Shown: positions 47,470-56,638 of the stretch, piece after piece
Position numbering within the stretch: the first letter of the stretch is position 1
Layout: the number at the start of each line of letters is the position of its first letter
NCBI GenBank assembly: GCA_044358575.1
Contig: JBIKNN010000001.1
Span: 312,461-376,460 of the forward strand
Direction of reading: 5' to 3'
Origin: Crocinitomicaceae bacterium
GTDB taxonomy: Bacteria; Bacteroidota; Bacteroidia; Flavobacteriales_D; Crocinitomicaceae
Length of the DNA stretch: 64,000 nucleotides
Program-made: the position numbers and the translations under genes
Notes under the pieces: generated by a model
Databases searched by the model: none
What the model was told of the DNA's origin: nothing
The model's input: only the letters and a program-made list of their open reading frames with translations

Positions 47470-48009
47470 TTATTTTTTTTCTGCAGGAAGATTAAAAGAA
47501 ACTTTCATAATATCTGGAACGACATCACTCTTTTTACCAATGTTAAAATCCATTCTATTTACATTAATACTTCCAGAAAAAGAAATAGCATTTCCAGACC
47601 CGCTTTTCTTAGCCTTTACAACATAAACTTTGCTTGTCCCTTTGAGCGTTAAGTCACCTGTAATTTTATATAAATCATCTTCTTTTTCTACTGTTTTTGA
47701 TACAAACTTGATATTCGGGTATTTTTTGGCATCAAACCATTCTTCTGTTTGAGCTTTTTTATCTCGCATACCATTACCTGTTTTTATTGACGAAATCGCG
47801 ATTGAGAAATTAAATTTTGATGTCTCTAAACTTTGCTCGTTGAAATCTATTGTGCCTTCCATTTTTTTGAAAGAACCTGAAGGATCTGCACTCTTAAATT
47901 TAAGAGCGAAAGCGTCTGTAATTTCAAAACGATCTATTGGAAGAAAAGCTAGAGAAGTACTTATAACAAGTAAAAAAATGTAAGAAATGATAAGATAATA
48001 TTTTTTCAT
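47470..48009 (-). CDS. YceI-family (lipocalin-like, polyisoprenoid-binding) periplasmic protein
   Basis: It has a signal peptide. GTIDF......F.ISSIKTGNGMRDKKAQTEEWFDAKKYPNIKFVSK...YKITGDLTLKGTSK matches the YceI pattern. Confidence 0.8.
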   Translation of the reverse strand: MKKYYLIISYIFLLVISTSLAFLPIDRFEITDAFALKFKSADPSGSFKKMEGTIDFNEQSLETSKFNFSIAISSIKTGNGMRDKKAQTEEWFDAKKYPNIKFVSKTVEKEDDLYKITGDLTLKGTSKVYVVKAKKSGSGNAISFSGSINVNRMDFNIGKKSDVVPDIMKVSFNLPAEKK

Positions 48010-48019
48010 AGTTTAAAGA

Positions 48020-48907
48020 TTAAAATTTACGAGCTACACAAAAACCGAACCTAAATTGCCCTTTCAACCAATTTTCTGTAGTGTAAGGTATAAATTGAGT
48101 TTCACCTAAACCACCAGAATTAGTAAAATTGACAGTAAAGTTGTGCCCAAAAGTAAACCACTCCAAAGCAATTCCTAGACTATTCTTATAAAAACTTGAA
48201 GGGCGAAATTGTTCATTGTGAAAAACATGATAGTATTCAGCAAGTATTGCAAAGCGACTACTAATTTTCAAACGAAATGCGCTTCCAAGAGCAAATAGTG
48301 TATTTTGGTCATTTTGTGTAACATAATTTCGGTGAAGAAGCGTTGGAACAAGAGCAAGGGAAAATCGCTCACCAAAATGTTTTGCTAAATTAAGCTGAGT
48401 AAAATAAGCTAGTCGATGAGAAGCTTTTGGAAAAAAACTAACATCAGATTCAAGGGTTGAACTTTTCATGTAGGTAAAACTAGAACCTGAAATCACAGTC
48501 ATAGAAAGAGGCATAATGCCTTTTTTTTGCTCAAGGACTTTGTATTTTAAAAATCCATCTAAAAGCGAGCGATAAGGAGCTCCTGTTCCTTTAGATCTTC
48601 CTAATCCAAGCATGAATTTATCACTTACGCCATATTCTATTGCTATTCTCATGTCTGAGAGGTAATCAAAACCAAACATATTTTGGTATCCACCATTTGG
48701 TCCTGAAAAATCCCCGAAGCGATGCTCAATTCTCATTTCATATGTACCTTTTGAAAGCGTTTCATTGGAATGGCCATTTATTATTCGAGAAGAGGAAAAT
48801 GTTTTTGGTTCTTCAAATGGTATTTCGGATTCATCCTTAGTCTGAGCTAAAAATAAAGGTGAAACAGCTAGAAATAAAAATGTAAAAAAGGATAAGGAGA
48901 AATTCAT
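48020..48907 (-). CDS. Outer-membrane beta-barrel protein (DUF5777-like)
   Basis: I prefer the start at Met24 (ATG at 48907), which gives the signal peptide MNFSLSFFTFLFLAVSPLFLAQ. The sequence has an alternating-hydrophobic pattern and a C-terminal Phe (ARKF). The family name is from memory of YceI-neighbouring genes. Confidence 0.55.
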   Translation of the reverse strand: MNFSLSFFTFLFLAVSPLFLAQTKDESEIPFEEPKTFSSSRIINGHSNETLSKGTYEMRIEHRFGDFSGPNGGYQNMFGFDYLSDMRIAIEYGVSDKFMLGLGRSKGTGAPYRSLLDGFLKYKVLEQKKGIMPLSMTVISGSSFTYMKSSTLESDVSFFPKASHRLAYFTQLNLAKHFGERFSLALVPTLLHRNYVTQNDQNTLFALGSAFRLKISSRFAILAEYYHVFHNEQFRPSSFYKNSLGIALEWFTFGHNFTVNFTNSGGLGETQFIPYTTENWLKGQFRFGFCVARKF

Positions 48908-48972
48908 TTTTTTTGGTAAAATTAAAAATAAAAAAAATACTATTGGTATAATTTTTAGATATAATGTCAAAG

Positions 48973-49689
48973 TCATTGACCTGTTCCAATTAAGAAAACA
49001 GTTGGAATTTTACTCAAGTCATAGGCTTTTTCTCGCCATTCAATTACTGAATGAGTTTGAATCAATGCATTGTGAATTGTTAAATTAGAAGCAATACACA
49101 ATTGAGTGGTATCTATTAATTCATTCAATAAATCTTCTAAAACATTCATATTTCGAAATGGAGTATCCATAAAAATATGTGTCCCACCATGGCGCCGAGT
49201 ATCCATTTCCATATCTTTCATTTTTCGAATTCGGTCTTTTCGTTCCTTTGGTAAATAGCCATGAAAGGTAAAATGCTGTCCTGAAAATCCACTACCCATT
49301 AATGCCAAAAATATAGAAGAAGGTCCAACAAAAGGAACAACTTGAATTCCTTGACTGTGAGCTAAAAAAACTAATTCAGCTCCAGGATCTGCAATTCCGG
49401 CGCAACCTGCTTCAGAAATAACTCCAACATCCTCACCATTTGTTAGTTTGAGGAGCACCTTCATACAATCCGATTCTTTAGAATGCTTATTCATGAGTGT
49501 GAAATGACATTCATCAATTGGAAATTGGCGGTCCATTTTTCGCAGCAAACGTCTGGCAGATTTAATTTCTTCGACTGCAAAGTGGCGCAATAGAATTGTT
49601 GATTTTATAACATCATCTGGGATTATGTCCGATATAGATTCTCCTCCTAAGGTATTTGGAATCAAAAATAATTTACCTAATTTCTCCAT
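48973..49689 (-). CDS. SAM-dependent methyltransferase, tetrapyrrole-methylase (RsmI-like) superfamily
   Basis: GVISEAGCAGIADPGAELV is present and the protein is ~238 aa. Its position downstream of dnaA and LMW-PTP is the conserved one. Confidence 0.8.
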   Translation of the reverse strand: MEKLGKLFLIPNTLGGESISDIIPDDVIKSTILLRHFAVEEIKSARRLLRKMDRQFPIDECHFTLMNKHSKESDCMKVLLKLTNGEDVGVISEAGCAGIADPGAELVFLAHSQGIQVVPFVGPSSIFLALMGSGFSGQHFTFHGYLPKERKDRIRKMKDMEMDTRRHGGTHIFMDTPFRNMNVLEDLLNELIDTTQLCIASNLTIHNALIQTHSVIEWREKAYDLSKIPTVFLIGTGQ

Positions 49690-50167
49690 TTTTAATTTTC
49701 ATTATGATAACTGAAGTTACTTTTTCTACTAATTCATAAACAGCTTTAAAATCCTCTAAGCTGCCATAATAAGGGTCAGGAACTGAAAGATTTGAATTGG
49801 AATCTAATTCATCTAAAATTAACCGTACTTTTTTTCTATCAGAATTATTTCTTGCTAAACTTAAAATATTTTGTCGATTAGCATCATCCATTGCATAGAT
49901 AATATCGAAATCATCAAAATCATTTATTGTAAGCTTTCTAGCTACTAAATTTTTGATATTTGTGCCAAACTCTTCTGCTGTTGAGCACATTCTCGAATCA
50001 GGTGCTTTACCAATATGATAAGCAGCAGTTCCCGCAGAGTCAACAAGAATATTTAAGTTGTTTTCTTTTACTTTTCTGCGTAATAAACCGTCGGCGATAG
50101 GAGAGCGACAAATGTTACCCAAACAGACCATTAAAATTCGCAATGAATAGTTTGACTCTTGCTTCAC
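49673..50167 (-). CDS. Low-molecular-weight protein-tyrosine phosphatase
   Basis: The P-loop VCLGNICRSP (C-x5-R-S) and the DP motif (VPDPYYG) are present. Confidence 0.9.
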   Translation of the reverse strand: MKQESNYSLRILMVCLGNICRSPIADGLLRRKVKENNLNILVDSAGTAAYHIGKAPDSRMCSTAEEFGTNIKNLVARKLTINDFDDFDIIYAMDDANRQNILSLARNNSDRKKVRLILDELDSNSNLSVPDPYYGSLEDFKAVYELVEKVTSVIIMKIKNGEIR

Positions 50168-50170
50168 AAA

Positions 50171-51601
50171 TTAATGAATCGTCAATTTTTTCTCTAACTC
50201 CTCTAAATAATTTCGGAATTGTTTATCTGTCTCAGATAAATTAACAACTGTTCGGCAAGCATGAAGAACGGTAGCATGGTCTTTTCCACCACAGTGAGCA
50301 CCTATATTTGCAAGTGATGATTTTGTCATCTTTTTAGAGAAATACATTGAAATTTGTCTTGCTTGAACAACTTCACGCTTCCGCGTTTTAGATTTTAGCA
50401 TTTCAATTGGCAAATCAAAGTAATCACAAACTACTTTCTGAATGTATTCTATAGAAACTTCACGAGCTGTACTTCGAACAAATTTGTCAACCATTTGCTT
50501 TGCAAGTTCCAAAGTAATTGCTTTCTTATTAAGTGAAGCCTGTGCTAAAAGTGTATTTAAGGCACCTTCAATTTCTCGGATATTTGTATTTATTGAGTAA
50601 GCTAAATATTCAACAACCTCATTAGGCAACTCAATTCCGCTTCCGTACATTTTCTTCTCCAAAATTGCAATTCGGGTTTCAAGATCAGGTGTTCCTAAAT
50701 CTGCAGATAAACCCCACTTGAAGCGAGAAAGAAGACGTTGCTCCATTCCTTGCATTTCTACGGGCGCTTTATCTGATGTTAAAACAATTTGCTTTCCATT
50801 TTGGTGCAAGTGATTGAAAATTGAAAAGAAAACATCTTGGGTTTTTTCTTTACCAGTAAAAAATTGAACGTCGTCAATAATTAAAACATCCACCATTTGA
50901 TAAAAATGAACAAAATCATTGGTAGTATTATTCTTTATAGCATCTATAAATTGATGTGCAAATTTTTCAGATTGCACATACAAAACTGTTTTATTGGGAA
51001 AATTATCTTTTATCTCGATTCCAATTGAATGCGCTAAATGTGTTTTTCCCAAACCAACACCGCCATAAATTAATAGAGGATTAAAAGCTGTCCCGCCTGG
51101 TTTATTTGCGACAGCATAACCAGATGCACGGGCCAAACGATTACATTCACCCTCAACAAAATTTTCAAATGTATGAGATGCGATTAAATTAGATTCAATA
51201 TTTACCTTCTTTAAGCCTGGAATAATAAATGGGTTGCGAATTTGCTTCTCATTTGTGTTAATCGGCATATTAATAGGAGCGTTTTTTAAGGAGCTAGTAT
51301 TGTTTGTTGGGATTTTAACAGTGTAAGGACTTGAAGAATTTGAATTATTTTCCATAACAATACTGTATTCTAAACTCCCTTCGTTGCCTATTTCTTTTTT
51401 AACAACTTTTCGAAGCAGCTGAATATAATGTTCTTCTAACCATTCATAAAAAAAATGTGAGGGGACTTGGATCGTTAAAATGTTGTTTTCTAATTTAATT
51501 GGAACAATTGGTTCGAACCATGTTTTGAATGCTTGTAGAGAGATGTTGTCTTTGATTAACTTTAAACAAGACTCCCATACACCTTCGTGACTTTTAATCA
51601 T
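50171..51601 (-). CDS. dnaA: Chromosomal replication initiator protein DnaA
   Basis: The AAA+ Walker A GGVGLGKTHL, LIIDDVQF and the domain IV helix-turn-helix (GGKDHATVLHA) are present. Confidence 0.97.
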   Translation of the reverse strand: MIKSHEGVWESCLKLIKDNISLQAFKTWFEPIVPIKLENNILTIQVPSHFFYEWLEEHYIQLLRKVVKKEIGNEGSLEYSIVMENNSNSSSPYTVKIPTNNTSSLKNAPINMPINTNEKQIRNPFIIPGLKKVNIESNLIASHTFENFVEGECNRLARASGYAVANKPGGTAFNPLLIYGGVGLGKTHLAHSIGIEIKDNFPNKTVLYVQSEKFAHQFIDAIKNNTTNDFVHFYQMVDVLIIDDVQFFTGKEKTQDVFFSIFNHLHQNGKQIVLTSDKAPVEMQGMEQRLLSRFKWGLSADLGTPDLETRIAILEKKMYGSGIELPNEVVEYLAYSINTNIREIEGALNTLLAQASLNKKAITLELAKQMVDKFVRSTAREVSIEYIQKVVCDYFDLPIEMLKSKTRKREVVQARQISMYFSKKMTKSSLANIGAHCGGKDHATVLHACRTVVNLSETDKQFRNYLEELEKKLTIH

Positions 51602-51859
51602 AATTGAATTTTATAAACAGTTTATTTTTACTTTAAAAAAGTGATAAAAAAACACTTTCAAAGCGTATTTTTTTGGAGAGTACAAAGATTTGTATAAAAA
51701 AGTTAAAAAAAAAATCGATTTGCTATTGACTTTATAGTTTTTTTTACTTGTTTAAATTTAATCGTGTTTTTTTTACATTAATATGTACTTTCGAAAGTAG
51801 TTAAAAATATTAACTTACTGTTCTACTAATTGTTAAATAAAAAAAATAAAATTATAAAA

Positions 51860-52264
51860 ATGCTTAGAAAATTTGAAGGCGCTCATTTTGTTAGAGTGAG
51901 ATACAGCGAAACAGACAAAATGGGCTTCTGTTATTACGGGAATTATGCTGCATTTTTAGAGCTTGGTCGCGTTGAACTTTTAAGAGAAAACAAAATTGTC
52001 TACAAAGAACTTGAGGATTTAGGGATTTTATTGCCGGTTTCAGAATTAAGCATCAAATACCTTCACCCAGCAAAATATGATGACCTTCTAAAAATTAAAA
52101 CTACAATTAGCGATCTTAAAGGAGCTCGAATTTTCTTTAACTATGAAATTTATAATGAAGAAGAAATTCTTTTACTAAGCGCCACAACTACTTTGGTGTT
52201 TGTCGATGCAAAAACTATGCGACCGATAGCTGCACCAAACTTTATATTAGATATCCTAAAATAA
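51860..52264 (+). CDS. Acyl-CoA thioesterase, YbgC/4HBT hotdog family
   Basis: VRVRYSETDKMGFCYYGNYAAFLELGRVELLRE is present. I prefer the ATG at 51860 to the TTG at 51830. Confidence 0.8.
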   Translation: MLRKFEGAHFVRVRYSETDKMGFCYYGNYAAFLELGRVELLRENKIVYKELEDLGILLPVSELSIKYLHPAKYDDLLKIKTTISDLKGARIFFNYEIYNEEEILLLSATTTLVFVDAKTMRPIAAPNFILDILK

Positions 52265-52358
52265 ATAAAAAAGACTTCTTGAACTCAAAATCTTTTCTCT
52301 GAAGTGTCAAATCTAAAAGGAGTTCTTTAAGAGACAAAAATAAAATTAAATTTGTGGT

Positions 52359-54008
52359 ATGAAACAAATAATAGAATGTGTTCCGAACTTTAGTGAAGGT
52401 TCTGACATGAGTATAATTAAACAGATCACGAATGAAATTGAAAGTGTTGAAGGAGTTCGTCTTCTAGATGTAGATCCTGGGAAAGCAACTAATAGAACAG
52501 TTGTTACTTTTGTTGGAGAACCAATTTCAGTTATTGAAGCAGCATTCCGCGCTATAAAAAAAGCTGCAGAGCTAATTGATATGCGCAAACATACAGGTGA
52601 ACACCCACGAATGGGAGCAACAGATGTTTGTCCTTTAATTCCTGTGGCAAATATTTCAATGGAAGAAACCGCTGAGTGGGCAAAAAAATTGGGTGAGCGC
52701 GTAGGAAATGAATTGGCTATTCCCGTATATCTTTATGAAGCTGCTCAAAAAAATCCAGAACGCAAGAATCTTTCTATTATTCGTGCAGGCGAATACGAAG
52801 GTTTTTCTAAAAAAATTCTTTTGAGTGAGTGGGCTCCAGATTTTGGAAAGCCAGTTTTTAATGCTAAAAGCGGTGCAACAGTAATTGGCGCTAGAGATTT
52901 TTTAGTTGCATACAATATAAATCTGAATACAACATCCACGAGACGAGCAAATGCTATTGCTTTTGATGTTCGGGAATCAGGGAGAAAAATCCAAAATGAA
53001 AAAGGTGAAGAAATAGTACAGCCTGGCACACTAAAATCCGTAAAGGCTATTGGTTGGTTTATTGAAGAATATGGCGTAGCTCAAATCAGCATGAATCTTA
53101 CAAACGTAAATATTACTCCCATACATATTGCGTTTGATGAAGTTTGTAAGAAAGCAAATGAAAGAGGTGTTCGTGTTACTGGCTCAGAATTGGTTGGTTT
53201 GATTCCTTTAAAGTCTCTGCTGGATGCAGGAAGGTATTTTTTAGAAAAACAACAACGAAGTGTTGGCGTTAGCGAAAAAGAAATAATTCATATTGCAGTA
53301 AAATCACTAGGCCTTGATGAACTTTCAGAATTTATACCAGAGAAAAAAATTATTGAATACTTACTAAACGAGGAAAAACAAGACAAACTTATTAATTTAT
53401 CATTACAAGAGTTTGCAAATGAAACTGCAAGTGAATCGCCAGCTCCAGGAGGAGGGTCAATTGCAGCATACATGGGATCACTTGGAATTTCACTAGCAAC
53501 AATGGTCGCAAATCTTTCAGCACACAAAAGAGCTTGGGATGATCGATGGAAAGAATTTAGCGCTTGGGCTGAAAAAGGTCAAAAGATAAAAGATGAATTA
53601 TTGTACTTAGTTGATGAAGACACTAATGCATTTAATAAAATAATGGAGGCATTCTCACTGCCCAAATCCTCTGAGCAAGAAGTAAAATTTCGCTCTGAAG
53701 CAATTCAAAATGCTACAAAATATGCAACTGAAGTTCCGCTTAAGACAATGATTTTAGCTTATTCTTCTTTCCCAATAATAAAAGCAATGGCGGAGATAGG
53801 AAATCCAAATTCAATAAGCGATGCAGGTGTAGGTGCTTTGTGCGCAAGAAGTGCGGTTATTGGTGCATATATGAATGTGCGAATTAATGCAGCAGAACTA
53901 AAAGATGAGGCATTTAAACAAGAAATTTTGGCAAAAGCTGAAAAAATAAAAAACGATGCGATTAAAGAAGAAGAAGCGATTTTAAAAATCATTTACGCTG
54001 TTATTTGA
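52359..54008 (+). CDS. ftcD: Bifunctional glutamate formimidoyltransferase / formimidoyltetrahydrofolate cyclodeaminase
   Basis: The N-terminus IECVPNFSEG is a formiminotransferase hallmark. The C-terminal ~200 aa carry the cyclodeaminase motif ESPAPGGGS. Confidence 0.9.
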   Translation: MKQIIECVPNFSEGSDMSIIKQITNEIESVEGVRLLDVDPGKATNRTVVTFVGEPISVIEAAFRAIKKAAELIDMRKHTGEHPRMGATDVCPLIPVANISMEETAEWAKKLGERVGNELAIPVYLYEAAQKNPERKNLSIIRAGEYEGFSKKILLSEWAPDFGKPVFNAKSGATVIGARDFLVAYNINLNTTSTRRANAIAFDVRESGRKIQNEKGEEIVQPGTLKSVKAIGWFIEEYGVAQISMNLTNVNITPIHIAFDEVCKKANERGVRVTGSELVGLIPLKSLLDAGRYFLEKQQRSVGVSEKEIIHIAVKSLGLDELSEFIPEKKIIEYLLNEEKQDKLINLSLQEFANETASESPAPGGGSIAAYMGSLGISLATMVANLSAHKRAWDDRWKEFSAWAEKGQKIKDELLYLVDEDTNAFNKIMEAFSLPKSSEQEVKFRSEAIQNATKYATEVPLKTMILAYSSFPIIKAMAEIGNPNSISDAGVGALCARSAVIGAYMNVRINAAELKDEAFKQEILAKAEKIKNDAIKEEEAILKIIYAVI

Positions 54009-54553
54009 TTCTCCTAAAAATAATTTTTTGAGTGTACGCTTTCGAACCACTAATCATATTCAAAACGCGAACAATAATCTCAATTTAAGAAATTATTCTA
54101 TTTTCCTTTCTTTTTTTCTTGACAAAAAAAGAAACAAAAAAGTCAAGGCTCTGAATTTCCATTTTGTTCGCAAATCATTATTTTACAACTACTTACAACT
54201 CATTTCGAACAAGATAACTCCTTTCTGAAACTAAAATTTTTCAAAAATGTTCTTGCAGAAATTTTAAAAATTAACAGTTTCAGCTCAGTAGCAAAAACCA
54301 TGAAATTCAAGGCCGTATAGTGTTCGCTAATATTCACTAAATAGTTCTCACTTCGATTGAAATCTTGATTTTTAACAATAAAATATTTTACTAGTACGAA
54401 AATGAATACTCAAATAATTTTTCGTCTTTTCAACAAGATTTTGTTCTTCACATTTACAAGAAAAACGATAGTTTCAAAATTAACATTTGAACATTGATAA
54501 AGATTTAATTTTCTTAAAAATCAAAAAGTCCTTCAGCATAACTTTGCAAAGTA

Positions 54554-55432
54554 ATGACTTTAGATAATTCTTCTATACAAGCCTTAGTAAAATTAATTGA
54601 TGATCCAGATGACTCTATATTTGAGCACGTGCGAGGACAATTAATACAATTTGGACCTGATGCAATTCCTTATTTGGAACAATCTTGGGAAAATGATTAT
54701 TATGGATTAATTTTTCAAACAAGAATTGAAAATATCATTCAAGATATCCAATTTGAAGTCATAAAAAATCAATTACTTGAATGGACGGCCTCATCTGAGA
54801 AAGATTTGTTAGAAGGCGCGATAATTATCGCAAAATTCCAATATCCAGATTTAGATGATTCTCAAATATATAATTCAATACAAGCTATCCGAAAAGATAT
54901 TTGGCTTGAATTAAATGATAATCAGACAGCTTATGAACAGGTAAAAATCTTCAATCGTATCTTCTTTGGAATGCATCATTTTCAGGGTGACACAAAAAAT
55001 TATTATTCGCCAGTTAATTCCTGCATCAATGTTGTAATGGAAAGTAAAAAAGGAAATCCTTTAGTAATCAGTTTAATTTACAGTATTATTGCTCAAAAAT
55101 TAGATCTTCCCATTTATGGTGTGAACTTGCCGAATCATTTTATTTTGGCTTATATGGATGATAAAGGAACAGGATTTTTAAGTAATACCCAAAATGAATA
55201 TGGCGTATTATTTTACATTAACGCGTTCTCCAAGGGCAGTGTTTTTGATGCTGCAGAAATTAAATCTTTTTTGGATGAACTCAAATTAAGCTATGAACGC
55301 ACTTTTTTTGAGCCCTGCTCAAATACCAGTATTATATTGCGAATGATCAATAACTTAATCGCTTCCTATCAACAAATTGGAAATGCTGAAAAAGTGGAAG
55401 CACTTATTCGTTTAAAAGAGATTTTAGATTAG
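54554..55432 (+). CDS. Transglutaminase-like / SirB1 (UPF0162) family protein with C-terminal TPR-like region
   Basis: KKGNPLVISLIYSIIAQKLDLPIYGVNLPNHFILAY follows the SirB1 N-domain pattern (G.P..L..iy.e.a.rlgl...gvnfPgHFll). Confidence 0.65.
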   Translation: MTLDNSSIQALVKLIDDPDDSIFEHVRGQLIQFGPDAIPYLEQSWENDYYGLIFQTRIENIIQDIQFEVIKNQLLEWTASSEKDLLEGAIIIAKFQYPDLDDSQIYNSIQAIRKDIWLELNDNQTAYEQVKIFNRIFFGMHHFQGDTKNYYSPVNSCINVVMESKKGNPLVISLIYSIIAQKLDLPIYGVNLPNHFILAYMDDKGTGFLSNTQNEYGVLFYINAFSKGSVFDAAEIKSFLDELKLSYERTFFEPCSNTSIILRMINNLIASYQQIGNAEKVEALIRLKEILD

Positions 55433-55863
55433 CATTCCATTGACCTCAATTCGGACAACTGCGTTATCTGTGGATTTATAAAAGGTACTTTTTGAGCTAC
55501 CGCATCAAAATAAGAAAGTAAGCGTGTTTCATTTCCTTCTACCACTAAGACTTCCAGTCGCGTAAAAAAATCTATACCTAATTCTGAGCCCATTCGTTTT
55601 ACAAAATGAACAGAGGAGTCAATTGAACATCCAGAGGCAGATTCGATATTTTCATCTACTGAAAAGATTAAATACTGCGAAAAAAGTAAATTTGCATTGC
55701 ATTGTAATCTTTTGCCGTGAGCAGACCAGCTATCAAGAAATACAGTTAATTCCTCTTTTAAAAATTGCTCCTCTGAGGCTACTAATTTTCTATTAGCAAG
55801 GTGCAACCAAATGCGACTTGAATCAGGCAACTCAGGAAAAAGTGATTTAAAGATCTGCTGCAT
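55429..55863 (-). CDS. Conserved hypothetical protein, last gene of the Fe-S oxidoreductase operon
   Basis: The 144-aa ORF overlaps the upstream CCG-domain gene by 17 nt. I see no recognisable motif. Confidence 0.5.
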   Translation of the reverse strand: MQQIFKSLFPELPDSSRIWLHLANRKLVASEEQFLKEELTVFLDSWSAHGKRLQCNANLLFSQYLIFSVDENIESASGCSIDSSVHFVKRMGSELGIDFFTRLEVLVVEGNETRLLSYFDAVAQKVPFINPQITQLSELRSMEC

Positions 55864-56635
55864 TGGCTATTAATTCTGCTACATCTAAAACTTTTATAGC
55901 ATCTTCTTTTTCAACATTTTTAATGCCGTCTGTCATCATAGTATTACAAAACGGACATCCAGTTGCAATAATTTCGGCCGCTGTTTCCAAGGCATCCTCA
56001 GTACGCTCGATATTTATTTCTTTTGTCCCTGGTTCTGCTTCTTTAAACATTTGTGCACCACCTGCTCCGCAACATAAACCCTTTGATTTACAGCGTTTCA
56101 TTTCTACCAATTCTGCATCTAATTTTTCAATCAAACTCCTTGGTGCTTCATAGACATCATTTGCTCGACCTAAATAACAGGGATCGTGAAAAGTGATTTT
56201 TTTTCCTTTGTAGGTTTCGCTGCCTTCCAATGCTAATTTGCCCGTATTAATTAAATCTTGAATTAATTGTGTGTGATGAACAACTTCATATTCACCTCCT
56301 AATTCAGGATATTCATTTTTTAAGGTATTAAAGCAATGTGGACAGGCAGTAACAATTTTTTTTACCTCATATCCATTTAATACTTGAATATTCATCATTG
56401 CTTGCATTTGAAAAGTAAACTCATTTCCAGCGCGTTTTGCAGGATCACCAGAACAACTTTCTTCTGTTCCAAGAACTGCAAAATTCACCTTGCAATGGTT
56501 TAATATTTTAACCAAAGCTTTTGTGATTTTCTTTGCTCGATCATCAAAACTTCCTGCACAACCAACCCAAAAGAGAATTTCTGGCGTTTCACCTTTGGCA
56601 ATCATTTCAGACATTGTAGGAACATGTAAACTCAT
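55847..56635 (-). CDS. (Fe-S)-binding protein with two CCG (cysteine-rich) domains, HdrD/GlpC/DsrK C-terminal type
   Basis: WVGCAGSFD, TACPHCFNTL, KGLCCGAGG and TGCPFCNTMM are the duplicated CCG-domain signatures. Confidence 0.85.
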   Translation of the reverse strand: MSLHVPTMSEMIAKGETPEILFWVGCAGSFDDRAKKITKALVKILNHCKVNFAVLGTEESCSGDPAKRAGNEFTFQMQAMMNIQVLNGYEVKKIVTACPHCFNTLKNEYPELGGEYEVVHHTQLIQDLINTGKLALEGSETYKGKKITFHDPCYLGRANDVYEAPRSLIEKLDAELVEMKRCKSKGLCCGAGGAQMFKEAEPGTKEINIERTEDALETAAEIIATGCPFCNTMMTDGIKNVEKEDAIKVLDVAELIANAADL

Positions 56636-56638
56636 ATC

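Noticed and set aside
54036-54056. GGTTCGAAAG on the minus strand, which resembles a tRNA T-loop
   Set aside because: No acceptor stem, D-arm or anticodon arm can be built around it. The flanks are AT-rich and non-complementary.
54028-54228. 66-aa ORF in the long non-coding region downstream of ftcD
   Set aside because: It starts at TTG and is highly skewed toward Asn, Lys, Phe and Leu. It has no signal peptide or motif, so it is most likely non-coding. The region itself is reported as a finding.
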